Shown here: positions 9,342 through 18,241 of the stretch, piece by piece
How the letters are laid out: each line of letters begins with the position of its first letter
Numbering within the stretch: the stretch's first letter is position 1
Source: Sedimentisphaerales bacterium
GTDB taxonomy: Bacteria > Planctomycetota > Phycisphaerae > Sedimentisphaerales > Anaerobacaceae
Reading direction: 5' to 3'
DNA length: 64,000 bases
Assembly: GCA_963708075.1 (NCBI GenBank)
Contig: OY970194.1
Span: forward strand, 3,712,001-3,776,000
Translations under genes and position numbers: made by a program
Notes under the pieces: generated by a model
Told to the model about the DNA's origin: nothing
The model's input: the letters and a program-made list of their open reading frames with translations, nothing else
Databases searched by the model: none

Positions 9342-11878
9342 TATTGCCTCCGATATACAACCGTCGCCACTCCCGGTCTCTCTGCAATAGTTATCAGCAG
9401 TCCGTCGTTCAGAAGTTCGCGGCCGCTGCAGGGGTGGGTTTCAAACCCGCCCTTATCGAAGCTGGTCAGATGGTAGTCAGTGTTCTCGTCTACACCTTTG
9501 AGCCTGAGCCTTGCGGATTCGTAGAAGCTGTTGTGCCGGCGGAAGACCTGGACCATGCCCTCTCCGACCTCCGGGCGGTCGAACTGCCAGGCCATCCATA
9601 CGGTGTCATCTCGCGTCCACGGCGTCAACGGGTAGAAATCGCCATAGTAATTCGTGTTGATCCGTCGCCACTGCTCGATGAACCGACGCAGTGCCGGGTA
9701 ATCGATGTCGCGCACGCGGATGTCGATGCCGAATCCCAGGCTCTGCCCGGCGTTGCTCCAGAGTGCGTATGGCTCGACGGCGGTCTTGCCGCTGCCGTAG
9801 TAGGGCGCGTTTCGCATGCCCACCGTGCCGGTGCCGTGGAACGGCAGCCACAGCGATAGGCCATACATCATGCACTGGTGGCCGATCGCCTCGTAGGCGT
9901 AGTCGCTTCGCCACAGGGGCACAGCGCGGCGCATCGTCTCGATGTCGTTGCGCCGGCCGCCGCTGGCGCACGAGTCGATGAGCATATTCGGATGCCGGCG
10001 GCGAAGCTCATCCCAGTAGGCAAGATAGCCCGTGACGTGCCTGATCTCCGCGATGCCCTGGCGGTCGGGGGCATCGGCCTTGCGCCAGTAGTCCAGCGGG
10101 TCCATGTTGAAATCCTGGCGGTAGAGGTCGATGCCCTGCTCGGTGAGCAGCCGGTCCACGTGCTCGGTTAGCCATTGGCGGGCAGCATCATCGCCGAGGT
10201 TGAGCAGGCCGCCCTTGGCCCCGCCGAGAATCCATTCCGGATGATTGTCCGAGAGCCACGTGCCGGCGGCCACCCGCTCCGGCTCGAACCAAAACAGTGT
10301 CTTGAGGCCCTTGCCGTGCGCGTAATCCGAGACAGCCCGCAGCCCTCGCGGGAACCGGGCCTTGTCCACCTCCCACGTCCCCACGCGGGGCCAGCCGCCG
10401 CCGTGATGCACGTACCAGCCCGCGTCCATCCACCAGTAATCGAGCTTGATCCCCTCCTCCAGGTAGCGATCGATGAACAGGATCTGGCGAGCTTCGTTGG
10501 CGTCGATCATCTCGTTGTACTGGCGGGAGCTGGAGGCCAGCAGTTGCGGCTTGGGCAGTTCGCCGCCGGGCCTGGGCATGGAATGCGCCATCATCCAGCG
10601 GCGCCAGACGTTCTGGGCGGTGATCCAGTCGCCTTTCCAGAACTGCAACACGATCAGCGGGCTGCGGACCTGCTCGCCCGGCAGCAGCTTGAATCGCGTC
10701 AGCTCCTGGCCCGCCTGTACGTGCAGCCCTCGCGCATTGTCGCGCACGAACTGCGCCGCCCATTGCCCGGGCCAGCCAACCGCGACGATCAGCCCCTCGC
10801 CGGACCATTCGAGGTTGAAGTAGGACCAGTCGACATTGGTCGGCCTGCCGCCTGATCCGCCAAGACGCTTGGTGACGTTGCGCCCCAGAGGCGTTTCCAC
10901 TAAGCCGTAGTCATTGCCGTTGGCGGGAGACCCAACATTGTGATGCAGCAGGAACTCGCCCTCAGTGCCACCGGTGAACCCCATATCGAGTGCTTGAATC
11001 TTCTCCAGAACCGGCGAGTCAGCAGAGCCCGTATTCTTGAAGTAGAGTGTCCACTCGACCGTGGGGAAATCCTGGTACTCGACAGCCACGCAGCGAACTT
11101 CAAGACTGCCCGCCGGGTCGATGTACACGAGTGTGTGCTCGGTACGCTGCGAGTCGAGCTTCTGACTCGTGTAATTGGCCTTCCAGGATTTGAGCAACTC
11201 CGTTGACGGCTTACCGTCGTAAACGAACGAAAATGGCGGCTGTGTGAGCGATGGTTTCGCTGCTCCGATCCAGCCAAGCGGCAGGTCCTGGAGCAAGATG
11301 CTCGAGCCGTCCTGGAGTCTCACCGCAGCCTCGGCCCAGAGCGCCTGATCCCAGCCGCGGCCGTCGCCGCCATCCTTCACGCGAATCTCGAATTGCCGGG
11401 CGCCATTCAGTGGAATGTCGATCACACGCGCTGCATCTTTGAGCCGCAGTACGGGCGATGTGAAAACCTCCTTGCCGTCCACAAGTACATGGAACGTCAC
11501 GGAACCATTTCCCATGGCCATCCCGGCCCGGGTGCTGTCGTTATTCTCCAGGCCAACCTCAGCTACGAAGCGTTCCGCAGGCCGGCCGAGGACTACCAGA
11601 AGGTGCTTCGTGGAATTGAACGCCAGGCCGTTCGTGTAGGTCTTGTCACCAATCTGAAACGGCGTCCCGCGCCACGACCGCCCGCGAGATATGCCTTCGG
11701 AGGCGTCCTCATAGAGCAGTTCCAAATGGGGCCGTACCGTCTCCTGTGCCCTGCCGAGCAGCGGGTCAAACCATTCGTTGCGAAGACGAACATCGTCATC
11801 TCTTGGCGTCACCGCTCCAGCCATTGTGGCGATAAACAGACCCACCAACACGCCGGCAAGAACAAATCGATCCTTCAT
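9341..11878 (-). CDS. Alpha-galactosidase (GH36-like) with N-terminal NPCBM/NEW2 domain
   Basis: WWMDAGWY, RFPRGL, WFEPERV, YRQDFN, IDSCASGGRRND, WRSD; NPCBM-like GSVTFHVLVDG..DQALWAEA. Confidence 0.88.
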   Translation of the reverse strand: MKDRFVLAGVLVGLFIATMAGAVTPRDDDVRLRNEWFDPLLGRAQETVRPHLELLYEDASEGISRGRSWRGTPFQIGDKTYTNGLAFNSTKHLLVVLGRPAERFVAEVGLENNDSTRAGMAMGNGSVTFHVLVDGKEVFTSPVLRLKDAARVIDIPLNGARQFEIRVKDGGDGRGWDQALWAEAAVRLQDGSSILLQDLPLGWIGAAKPSLTQPPFSFVYDGKPSTELLKSWKANYTSQKLDSQRTEHTLVYIDPAGSLEVRCVAVEYQDFPTVEWTLYFKNTGSADSPVLEKIQALDMGFTGGTEGEFLLHHNVGSPANGNDYGLVETPLGRNVTKRLGGSGGRPTNVDWSYFNLEWSGEGLIVAVGWPGQWAAQFVRDNARGLHVQAGQELTRFKLLPGEQVRSPLIVLQFWKGDWITAQNVWRRWMMAHSMPRPGGELPKPQLLASSSRQYNEMIDANEARQILFIDRYLEEGIKLDYWWMDAGWYVHHGGGWPRVGTWEVDKARFPRGLRAVSDYAHGKGLKTLFWFEPERVAAGTWLSDNHPEWILGGAKGGLLNLGDDAARQWLTEHVDRLLTEQGIDLYRQDFNMDPLDYWRKADAPDRQGIAEIRHVTGYLAYWDELRRRHPNMLIDSCASGGRRNDIETMRRAVPLWRSDYAYEAIGHQCMMYGLSLWLPFHGTGTVGMRNAPYYGSGKTAVEPYALWSNAGQSLGFGIDIRVRDIDYPALRRFIEQWRRINTNYYGDFYPLTPWTRDDTVWMAWQFDRPEVGEGMVQVFRRHNSFYESARLRLKGVDENTDYHLTSFDKGGFETHPCSGRELLNDGLLITIAERPGVATVVYRRQ
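9428..9456. repeat. REP-like palindrome family A, in frame inside CDS (peptide DKGGFETHPC)
   Basis: GCAGGGGTGGGTTTCAAACCCGCCCTTAT. Confidence 0.88.
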
Positions 11879-11897
11879 CGTTCACATCTCCTTCGCT

Positions 11898-11925
11898 GTG
11901 TCGGCAGGTTCCATCCTGCCGCTAT
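11898..11925. repeat. REP-like hairpin overlapping the TAG stop of the 11922..13367 gene
   Basis: GTGTCGGCAGG-TTCCAT-CCTGCCGCTAT; minus strand begins ATAG-CGGCAGG. Confidence 0.55.
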
Positions 11926-13367
11926 GCCTGACTCGCCTCTGGCGGATTGTGTCCGTGATGCACGTAGTGCTCGACCAACTTCCTGACCTGTCCGTTCTGC
12001 GGCGTTTCCTCCTCATTGAGTGTTTCCGTGGCCTGATCGAAGTGCTTGCGCTGCGTCTGGCAGGACTTTCGCAGCAGGGCCAGAGCTTCGCGTCTCATCT
12101 CCGGGATATTCATCTCCATCATCAACGCCGCCTTCTCACCCCGTCCGTAAATACGTGCGAGGGACTCGCGCCTGGCGAAGGTCTGCAGGAACGCCTTTTC
12201 CAGAACGACGATCTCCTGGATCGAGAGCAGCCTCTCATCGATCCTCTTGTGCAGTTGAGCCCCGCTCTCCACGCCCAGCATGTGCAGAACGTGCTCCCAT
12301 GCCCTGCAGGGCAGCATGCGAATCTTCGTGATCTCCAACAGCGACTTTCTCTCGTTGCTCAAAAAGACGCTGAGCATCCGCTGGGCCTCCTCGCGCGAAT
12401 GCATCTGCTGCTGCCTCCGCACGAACTCGAACTGCCAGGCCTGCGAGGAATCTCGAATTTCGAATCCCGAATCTCGAATTTGTCTGAGAAGATGGCGGGC
12501 TTCCTCTGCCGCCGCCCGTTGAATGACCGGCAACGTCTCTTCGTTGAGGGCATCAGGAATCTCGGATGGTCCCTTGGACAAGGTGGCGGCTGCGTTTTCT
12601 GCCGTGCCGGGTGTCTGCGCGGAGGCCGCCAACGGTTTCCCCTCTTTCAGAGCCTTCATGAACGGGAGGAATGTATGGGCCAATTCCTGATGCTTGCCCT
12701 TCCTGGCAAAGCGGCCGAGCACCTTGTGCCAATCGTGGTAGCGTTTCTCGTCCCTGAAATACTCGTGGATATCAACCGCCAGACCCGAATGGACGCCGGC
12801 CTCGACACTCTGCTCGGTGATGATCTTCATGCCCTTGAGCACGGAGAACATGTAGTCCGTGTATCTCTCTGCATCGCTTTCTTTGCGCTTTCGCAACCGT
12901 CTCAGCGCGACCCCTATATTGTCCAGCATCAAGTCGTTCACGGTGAGGACGTAGGAAGGGACCTGTTCCGCCTGCTCGAACTCGGCCACCTCCGCCATCC
13001 CCGCCAGAATGCTGTCGTCGGTCGTCTCTTTTGGGGAGTTGGAGTCCTCGGTCGCGGCCTCCATCTCCTTCTGAATCCTCGTGAGCAGCTCATCCACGTC
13101 CCTGACGGCCCTCCTGAGGAATCGCTCTCTGACGTTGTCGGCGATCCGAGCCGGACTGACCACCTTGATCACCACAAGGGCCGCCACAGCCACGCCCACC
13201 CAGGCGAAGATCCTTCCCACTTGGCGCAGCAATTCATTGAGTTGGTCGATCTGCTTCTGGCCCTGCGGATTGATCCGCTCAAACCCATCCTCGTCCGTAC
13301 CTTGGCCCCAAGCAGCGACGGCCAGTCCCAATATGATGACGCTCATCAGGAGCAGCATCCGTTTCAT
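11922..13367 (-). CDS. Hypothetical membrane-anchored protein (signal peptide, one TM helix, large helical domain)
   Basis: ATG at 13367 overlaps upstream stop (ATGA); MKRMLLLMSVIILGLAVAAWG; TM IFAWVGVAVAALVVI; no family recognised. Confidence 0.75.
   Translation of the reverse strand: MKRMLLLMSVIILGLAVAAWGQGTDEDGFERINPQGQKQIDQLNELLRQVGRIFAWVGVAVAALVVIKVVSPARIADNVRERFLRRAVRDVDELLTRIQKEMEAATEDSNSPKETTDDSILAGMAEVAEFEQAEQVPSYVLTVNDLMLDNIGVALRRLRKRKESDAERYTDYMFSVLKGMKIITEQSVEAGVHSGLAVDIHEYFRDEKRYHDWHKVLGRFARKGKHQELAHTFLPFMKALKEGKPLAASAQTPGTAENAAATLSKGPSEIPDALNEETLPVIQRAAAEEARHLLRQIRDSGFEIRDSSQAWQFEFVRRQQQMHSREEAQRMLSVFLSNERKSLLEITKIRMLPCRAWEHVLHMLGVESGAQLHKRIDERLLSIQEIVVLEKAFLQTFARRESLARIYGRGEKAALMMEMNIPEMRREALALLRKSCQTQRKHFDQATETLNEEETPQNGQVRKLVEHYVHHGHNPPEASQA
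12448..12482. repeat. Heptamer tandem array in frame inside CDS (QIRDSGFEIRDS)
   Basis: gaatctc-gaatttc-gaatccc-gaatctc-gaatttg. Confidence 0.88.
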
Positions 13368-15067
13368 GGCTGGCTCGCCTTCATGATTTCGCTGGCCAGG
13401 CGCTCGCGCAGCGGGAGCAGTTGGCGCGGGTCCTGGTCCCATGTGCCCCAGGTCGGCACTGCCGAGCGCACGACCTCATCGACAATGGCTCTTCCGCCGC
13501 GTTTTTCGAGCAGAGCGAAATACTCGTAGTCCTCCATGCCGTCACGCAGGTTCTTGAGCCGAATGGAAGCGACCGGACCCTCGATCCCGGCATCCTCGCC
13601 CGGATAGAACAACATTCCTTCCCCATTGAACTGCACCCGGAAGCCGGGATCGTCCCAGGGATTGCGCTGCGGGCTGGTCCAGCAGACGGTGGTCCAGTAT
13701 AGAAGCCCTGTCACGCCATAACGCCGGTTCAGCCACGGGGCGATTCGATAGCCCAGGACAGGGAAATCAATCTGCCAGTACGGCGGGTTATCGTTCCTGA
13801 CCTTCTCATATTCCGGGTGATAGGACGGCGCCCTCTGGCAAAGTGCCGTGTAGCTCCACACGTCATCGCCGTGTCCCTGGACACGCTTTATGCTCGACTC
13901 ATCGAGGAAGGCGAAGAGGGGGCACCATATGTCGATGGCCTCATCGATCGGCCCCCATTCCGGGTTCTGTGAGTATGGCTGCTCCACGACCAGGCACCGA
14001 AGGCCAGGCTCGGCCTCGTGGACCAGCGCCCCCAACTGCCGTACCCGCTCATACGCCTCTTTATCATTCGGCTCGTCGAGCATATACAGGTATGCCCGCT
14101 CGGCCCAGCCTTTCTTCTTCAGATAAGCATACCACGACCGATAGTAGCGAATGGCCTTGTCACGATTCGCCGCCAGGACATCGGAAAACGGCGCACGCAG
14201 GACCTCGATGTTCGTGACGTGGTACTGTTCGACGAATGCGGTGATCCGCCGGTCCGTCTCCTCGTCGAATTGAGCCGCGCCGTCCTCGGCGATCTGTGGA
14301 TAAAGATATCGCGGCAGCGGTGGATTGATGCGGTGCGCGGCCATCATTGCGATATACCGGTCCTCCAGCAGGCGGTACTTCTCCGAGTTCTCCTCCAGCT
14401 TGTGGTACCTGGCCATGTAGGAGAAATGGCCGAAGTGATTCTCGTGGGTGGGGCCGTCCGGCAGGACGAAATCCCAGACGGTGACTCGCACGGGAATCGC
14501 GACTGGCTGTACATTTCGCGCCCGCACGGAGAACGTGCCGGCATAGACCCCCGGTGCGGCATCCGCGGGGACCTCCACGTCCACCCACAGCGGCTGGTGC
14601 CTGTCTTGCCACAGATCGAAGCCTACCGCGCCGAAGCGTCCCCCATCCCGTTGCTCTCCGCGCCAGCGCGGCTCCCGAACTTCCTCGTTCGTGTACGGAT
14701 TCACAAAGGGCACCAGCGGGTCGGCAATCAGGCCGGGCGCCACCGTCGCCCCCGGGGCGGAATACCGAACGGGGATAAATACCTCGCGATAGACGCTGAC
14801 GTTCTTGACCGGCAGCGTCTCACCTGTGTCCTTCTTCAAGGGCGACATCTGGGCGGAGATGCCCTGCAGATTCCCACCCACCGCCGTGACCACGACCTGG
14901 AAGGACTCAACCTCGCCGCGAGCGCTGGATATCTCTGCGGCATCCATTCCTTCGATGGCGTCCTCCTGTCCCACACGCACCGTTGGAGACAAAGCTGCCA
15001 GCCGTATTGCCCCCGTCGCCATCTGTGCTGAAAGGAATGCGAAAAAGACTGTTGTCCACAATCTCAT
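13364..15067 (-). CDS. DUF4091-domain protein (GH123-like putative glycoside hydrolase)
   Basis: ARGEVESFQVV, LWVDVEVP..PGVYAG, YMLDEP, GLLYW, SIRLKNLRDGMEDYEY; GGAGG RBS before ATG 15067. Confidence 0.82.
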   Translation of the reverse strand: MRLWTTVFFAFLSAQMATGAIRLAALSPTVRVGQEDAIEGMDAAEISSARGEVESFQVVVTAVGGNLQGISAQMSPLKKDTGETLPVKNVSVYREVFIPVRYSAPGATVAPGLIADPLVPFVNPYTNEEVREPRWRGEQRDGGRFGAVGFDLWQDRHQPLWVDVEVPADAAPGVYAGTFSVRARNVQPVAIPVRVTVWDFVLPDGPTHENHFGHFSYMARYHKLEENSEKYRLLEDRYIAMMAAHRINPPLPRYLYPQIAEDGAAQFDEETDRRITAFVEQYHVTNIEVLRAPFSDVLAANRDKAIRYYRSWYAYLKKKGWAERAYLYMLDEPNDKEAYERVRQLGALVHEAEPGLRCLVVEQPYSQNPEWGPIDEAIDIWCPLFAFLDESSIKRVQGHGDDVWSYTALCQRAPSYHPEYEKVRNDNPPYWQIDFPVLGYRIAPWLNRRYGVTGLLYWTTVCWTSPQRNPWDDPGFRVQFNGEGMLFYPGEDAGIEGPVASIRLKNLRDGMEDYEYFALLEKRGGRAIVDEVVRSAVPTWGTWDQDPRQLLPLRERLASEIMKASQP

Positions 15068-15105
15068 ATCGATGTACCTCCCATTGCCATCAATGATGCC
15101 CCGGG

Positions 15106-15133
15106 GTACGGGCGAATCATTATTCGCCCCTAC
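15106..15133 (-). repeat. GTAG-type REP-like palindrome, family B
   Basis: Minus strand GTAGGGGCGAATAATGATTCGCCCGTAC; in the 5' region of the DUF4091 gene. Confidence 0.8.
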
Positions 15134-15248
15134 TGAGCGACCGCGGAAATCCAAGCACATTTATGGTACTATGTGGGTCTGCCGTCTGCAAAGATATATT
15201 CGAGCCGGCATTTTGGGAGTGTCTGCGTGGATTTCAGGACACTGTGCT

Positions 15249-15337
15249 GGGTGGCAGCGTCAAAACCGAAGGCCTTGGCGATGGCTCCCTCGCATCAGAG
15301 GAAAACCATCGCCAAGCTGCGCTTGACGCTGCCACCC
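15249..15337. repeat. 89-bp nested inverted-repeat element, copy 2 (opposite orientation to 2899..2987)
   Basis: Near-identical arms to copy 1, largely different 21-nt loop; between divergent genes. Confidence 0.9.
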
Positions 15338-15386
15338 GACTCTCAGATTACTTTCACAGACACTTGTGGAAAAGGGCTTTCGCAAG

Positions 15387-17084
15387 ATGAGAAAGATGAG
15401 CGTCTCCAGACGTGGATTTCTCAAACAGACAATGGCGTGGGGTTCGGCCTTGACGTTGGGGACATGGGCGTCTGCGGAGGGCGCCCGGAGCCGGGAATCG
15501 ACCGGCAGCCGACGAACACAGAAGCCCAACGTGCTGGTGATCGTGGCCGATGATATGGGGTACTCGGACGCGGGCTGTTACGGTGGCGAGATCCAGACGC
15601 CCAACCTCGACCGGCTGGCGGCCAGTGGCATCCGATTCACGCAGTGCTATTCCACTGGTCGGTGCTGGCCTTCGCGGACGTCACTACTGACCGGGTATTA
15701 TCCCCAGCAGGTCCGCATGGACCCGCCGCAGGGACGGCTACCCGCCTGGACCCGTGTTGTGCCGCATTATCTCAAGCCACTCGGATACCGGTGCTACCAT
15801 TCCGGCAAATGGCACCTGATGGGCGCCCCCAAGCCTGTCGCAGACGGCGGCTTCGACCACTCCTACGTTCTGCACGACCACAACCGGTATTTTGCGCCAA
15901 AGAACCATGAACTGGACGACCGGCCACTGCCTCCTGTGGAGGAAGGGTCGGACTTCTACGTCACGACGGCTATCGCGAACTATGCCGTCGACTTCCTGAA
16001 AGGCCACGCGGCCGACCATCGGGATGAGCCATTCTATTGCTACCTGGCCTTCACCTCGCCGCACTTCCCACTCCATGCCCTGCAGGAGGACATCGCGAGG
16101 TATAAGCAGCGGTACAGTGAGGGTTGGGACGTCATTCGTGAGCGGCGATGGAAGCGGATGCGCGAGATGGGCTTAGTCAACTGTGGCTTGTCGCCGCTGG
16201 AGTCCGACGTGATTCCGGGTTGGAACCTTCCCAAGGAGAAGCTGCGCGAAATGGTCGGGCCGGGCGAGGTGGACCGGGCCGTCGCATGGAAGGACCTGAC
16301 GGACGAGCAGCGGAGCTTTCAGGCGACCAAGATGGCGATCCATGCGGCCATGATCGACCGGATGGACCGCGAGATCGGACGAGTGCTCGAACAGGTCACG
16401 GCCATGGGCGCCGATGAGAACACCGTGATCCTGTTCGTGTCGGACAACGGCGCCAGCGCGGAGCAGATCATCCGCGGCGACAATCACGATCCGGCTGCCG
16501 CGCCGGGTTCAGGACGCTCCTACCTGTGTCTCGGGCCGGGTTGGTCCAGCGCCGCCAACTCGCCCTTCCGCCTGCACAAGTCCTGGGTGCATGAGGGCGG
16601 CATCTCATCACCGCTGATCGTTCACTGGCCCGCGGGGATCGCCGCACGCGGGGAGCTGCGGCACAATCCATGCCATTTCACCGACATCCTGCCGACTGTC
16701 CTGAGCCTGACGGGAGGCTCTGATTTCTCGCCCAAATGGAATGGTGAGGCCGCCCCGCCCCTCCCGGGCACGAGCCTCGTGCCCGCGTTTGTAAAGGATG
16801 GGACCGTTGCACACGAATTTCTCTACTTCCACCACATGACCAATCGCGCGATCCGCGTGGGCGACTGGAAGTTGGTGGCCAAGGGAGACAAAGGCCCGTG
16901 GGAACTCTATGACTTGATGGCGGACCGATGCGAATCAAAGAATCTGGCGGAGCAACATCCGGACAAGGTCGCTGAGATGTCCGCGTTATGGCAAAAATGC
17001 GAGGATCAGTTCAGACAGCAGGCAGGACCGCCGCCCCAGGAGAAAGGGCAAGGCCAGAAGCAGCGAGCTAAAACCGGTCAATGA
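15387..17084 (+). CDS. Arylsulfatase (formylglycine-dependent, Cys-type) with Tat-like signal
   Basis: [43 protein letters not shown]; exact start 15366-15396 uncertain. Confidence 0.93.
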   Translation: MRKMSVSRRGFLKQTMAWGSALTLGTWASAEGARSRESTGSRRTQKPNVLVIVADDMGYSDAGCYGGEIQTPNLDRLAASGIRFTQCYSTGRCWPSRTSLLTGYYPQQVRMDPPQGRLPAWTRVVPHYLKPLGYRCYHSGKWHLMGAPKPVADGGFDHSYVLHDHNRYFAPKNHELDDRPLPPVEEGSDFYVTTAIANYAVDFLKGHAADHRDEPFYCYLAFTSPHFPLHALQEDIARYKQRYSEGWDVIRERRWKRMREMGLVNCGLSPLESDVIPGWNLPKEKLREMVGPGEVDRAVAWKDLTDEQRSFQATKMAIHAAMIDRMDREIGRVLEQVTAMGADENTVILFVSDNGASAEQIIRGDNHDPAAAPGSGRSYLCLGPGWSSAANSPFRLHKSWVHEGGISSPLIVHWPAGIAARGELRHNPCHFTDILPTVLSLTGGSDFSPKWNGEAAPPLPGTSLVPAFVKDGTVAHEFLYFHHMTNRAIRVGDWKLVAKGDKGPWELYDLMADRCESKNLAEQHPDKVAEMSALWQKCEDQFRQQAGPPPQEKGQGQKQRAKTGQ

Positions 17085-18111
17085 CGGTGATTCCCACGGA
17101 GCCGAACTGACCCATCTTCGACAGCTCGCTTGGCGCATCCTCCAGTGGCACAGTCTTGCCGATCATAGCCTGGGGATCCAACTTGCCGGAGACGATCATC
17201 GCGAGCATCTCGCCGTACTTGCTCGCCTGCATCCCGTGGCTTCCGCAGATTTCAAGCTCCCAGCCAATCACCCTATGCATCGGGATTCGAGGCAGATAAT
17301 CGTCGCCCGCCAGCAGTCCGACCTGCACGTGGCGGCCTCGCTTGCGCAGGCAGAGAATGGAATTGGCGCAGGTCGCCACACTGCCGAGCGCATCTACCGA
17401 CACGTCCGCGCCGCGTCCCGTCACATCGCGGATCGCGCCAGGGACATCGGCATTCTCCTTCGCGTTGATCGCCACGGCCGCGCCGAGCGTCTTGGCGAGA
17501 GTAAGAACCCTGGCATCGATATCGACGCCGATCACCTGAGCCCCCAAAGCACGGGCAATCATAATAACCGACAGGCCGACGCCGCCGCAGCCGTGGACAG
17601 CTACCCACTGGCCGGGCGCGACCCGGCCCTGCGCCACGACGGCGCGATAGGACGTGGCAAACCGGCATCCGAGACTCGCGGCCGTGACGAAATCCAGCTC
17701 CTCCGGCAGGCGGACAAGGTTCACATCGGCGTATCGAATCGCAACGTATTGCGCGAACGAGCCCCAGCCGGTGAAGCCCGGCTGGAACTGATGGTCGCAC
17801 ACTTGGTGATTCCCTGAAGCACATTCAGGGCACGTCCCGCACGCACAGACGAACGGCACCGTGACCCGATCCCCGCGTTTCCAACGAGTGACGCTCTTTC
17901 CAGTTTCCTCGACGACTCCCGCCAGCTCGTGCCCCGGCACGTGCGGGAGCCTCGTAATATCCGGGTCGTGCCCCAGCCAGCCGTGCCAATCGCTGCGACA
18001 AATCCCGCTCGCCTCGACTTTGATGACAACGCCGTCGTCCGCCACGACAGGATCAGCTACCCGCGCGACCGTCAGCGGACCACCAAACTTCTGGAAAACC
18101 ACTGCCTTCAT
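17068..18111 (-). CDS. Zinc-dependent alcohol dehydrogenase family protein
   Basis: [31 protein letters not shown]; start MKAVVF at 18111. Confidence 0.93.
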   Translation of the reverse strand: MKAVVFQKFGGPLTVARVADPVVADDGVVIKVEASGICRSDWHGWLGHDPDITRLPHVPGHELAGVVEETGKSVTRWKRGDRVTVPFVCACGTCPECASGNHQVCDHQFQPGFTGWGSFAQYVAIRYADVNLVRLPEELDFVTAASLGCRFATSYRAVVAQGRVAPGQWVAVHGCGGVGLSVIMIARALGAQVIGVDIDARVLTLAKTLGAAVAINAKENADVPGAIRDVTGRGADVSVDALGSVATCANSILCLRKRGRHVQVGLLAGDDYLPRIPMHRVIGWELEICGSHGMQASKYGEMLAMIVSGKLDPQAMIGKTVPLEDAPSELSKMGQFGSVGITVIDRF

Positions 18112-18241
18112 GCCTGATCTCCATGCAACCGGGATGCCCGACGGTATGCGAGACAATGCACGTTTGTCAAGGCCCCCCTCGTTCAACTGTTCTACCCCCT
18201 GTATACTACCGTCGGTCAGAGAAGATGAAAGGGAACCGATC

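Noticed and set aside
2899..15337. Hairpin elements as CRISPR repeats or attC sites
   Set aside because: Copies are kilobases apart with no repeat-spacer array; no cas or integrase gene; no GTTRRRY/RYYYAAC ends.
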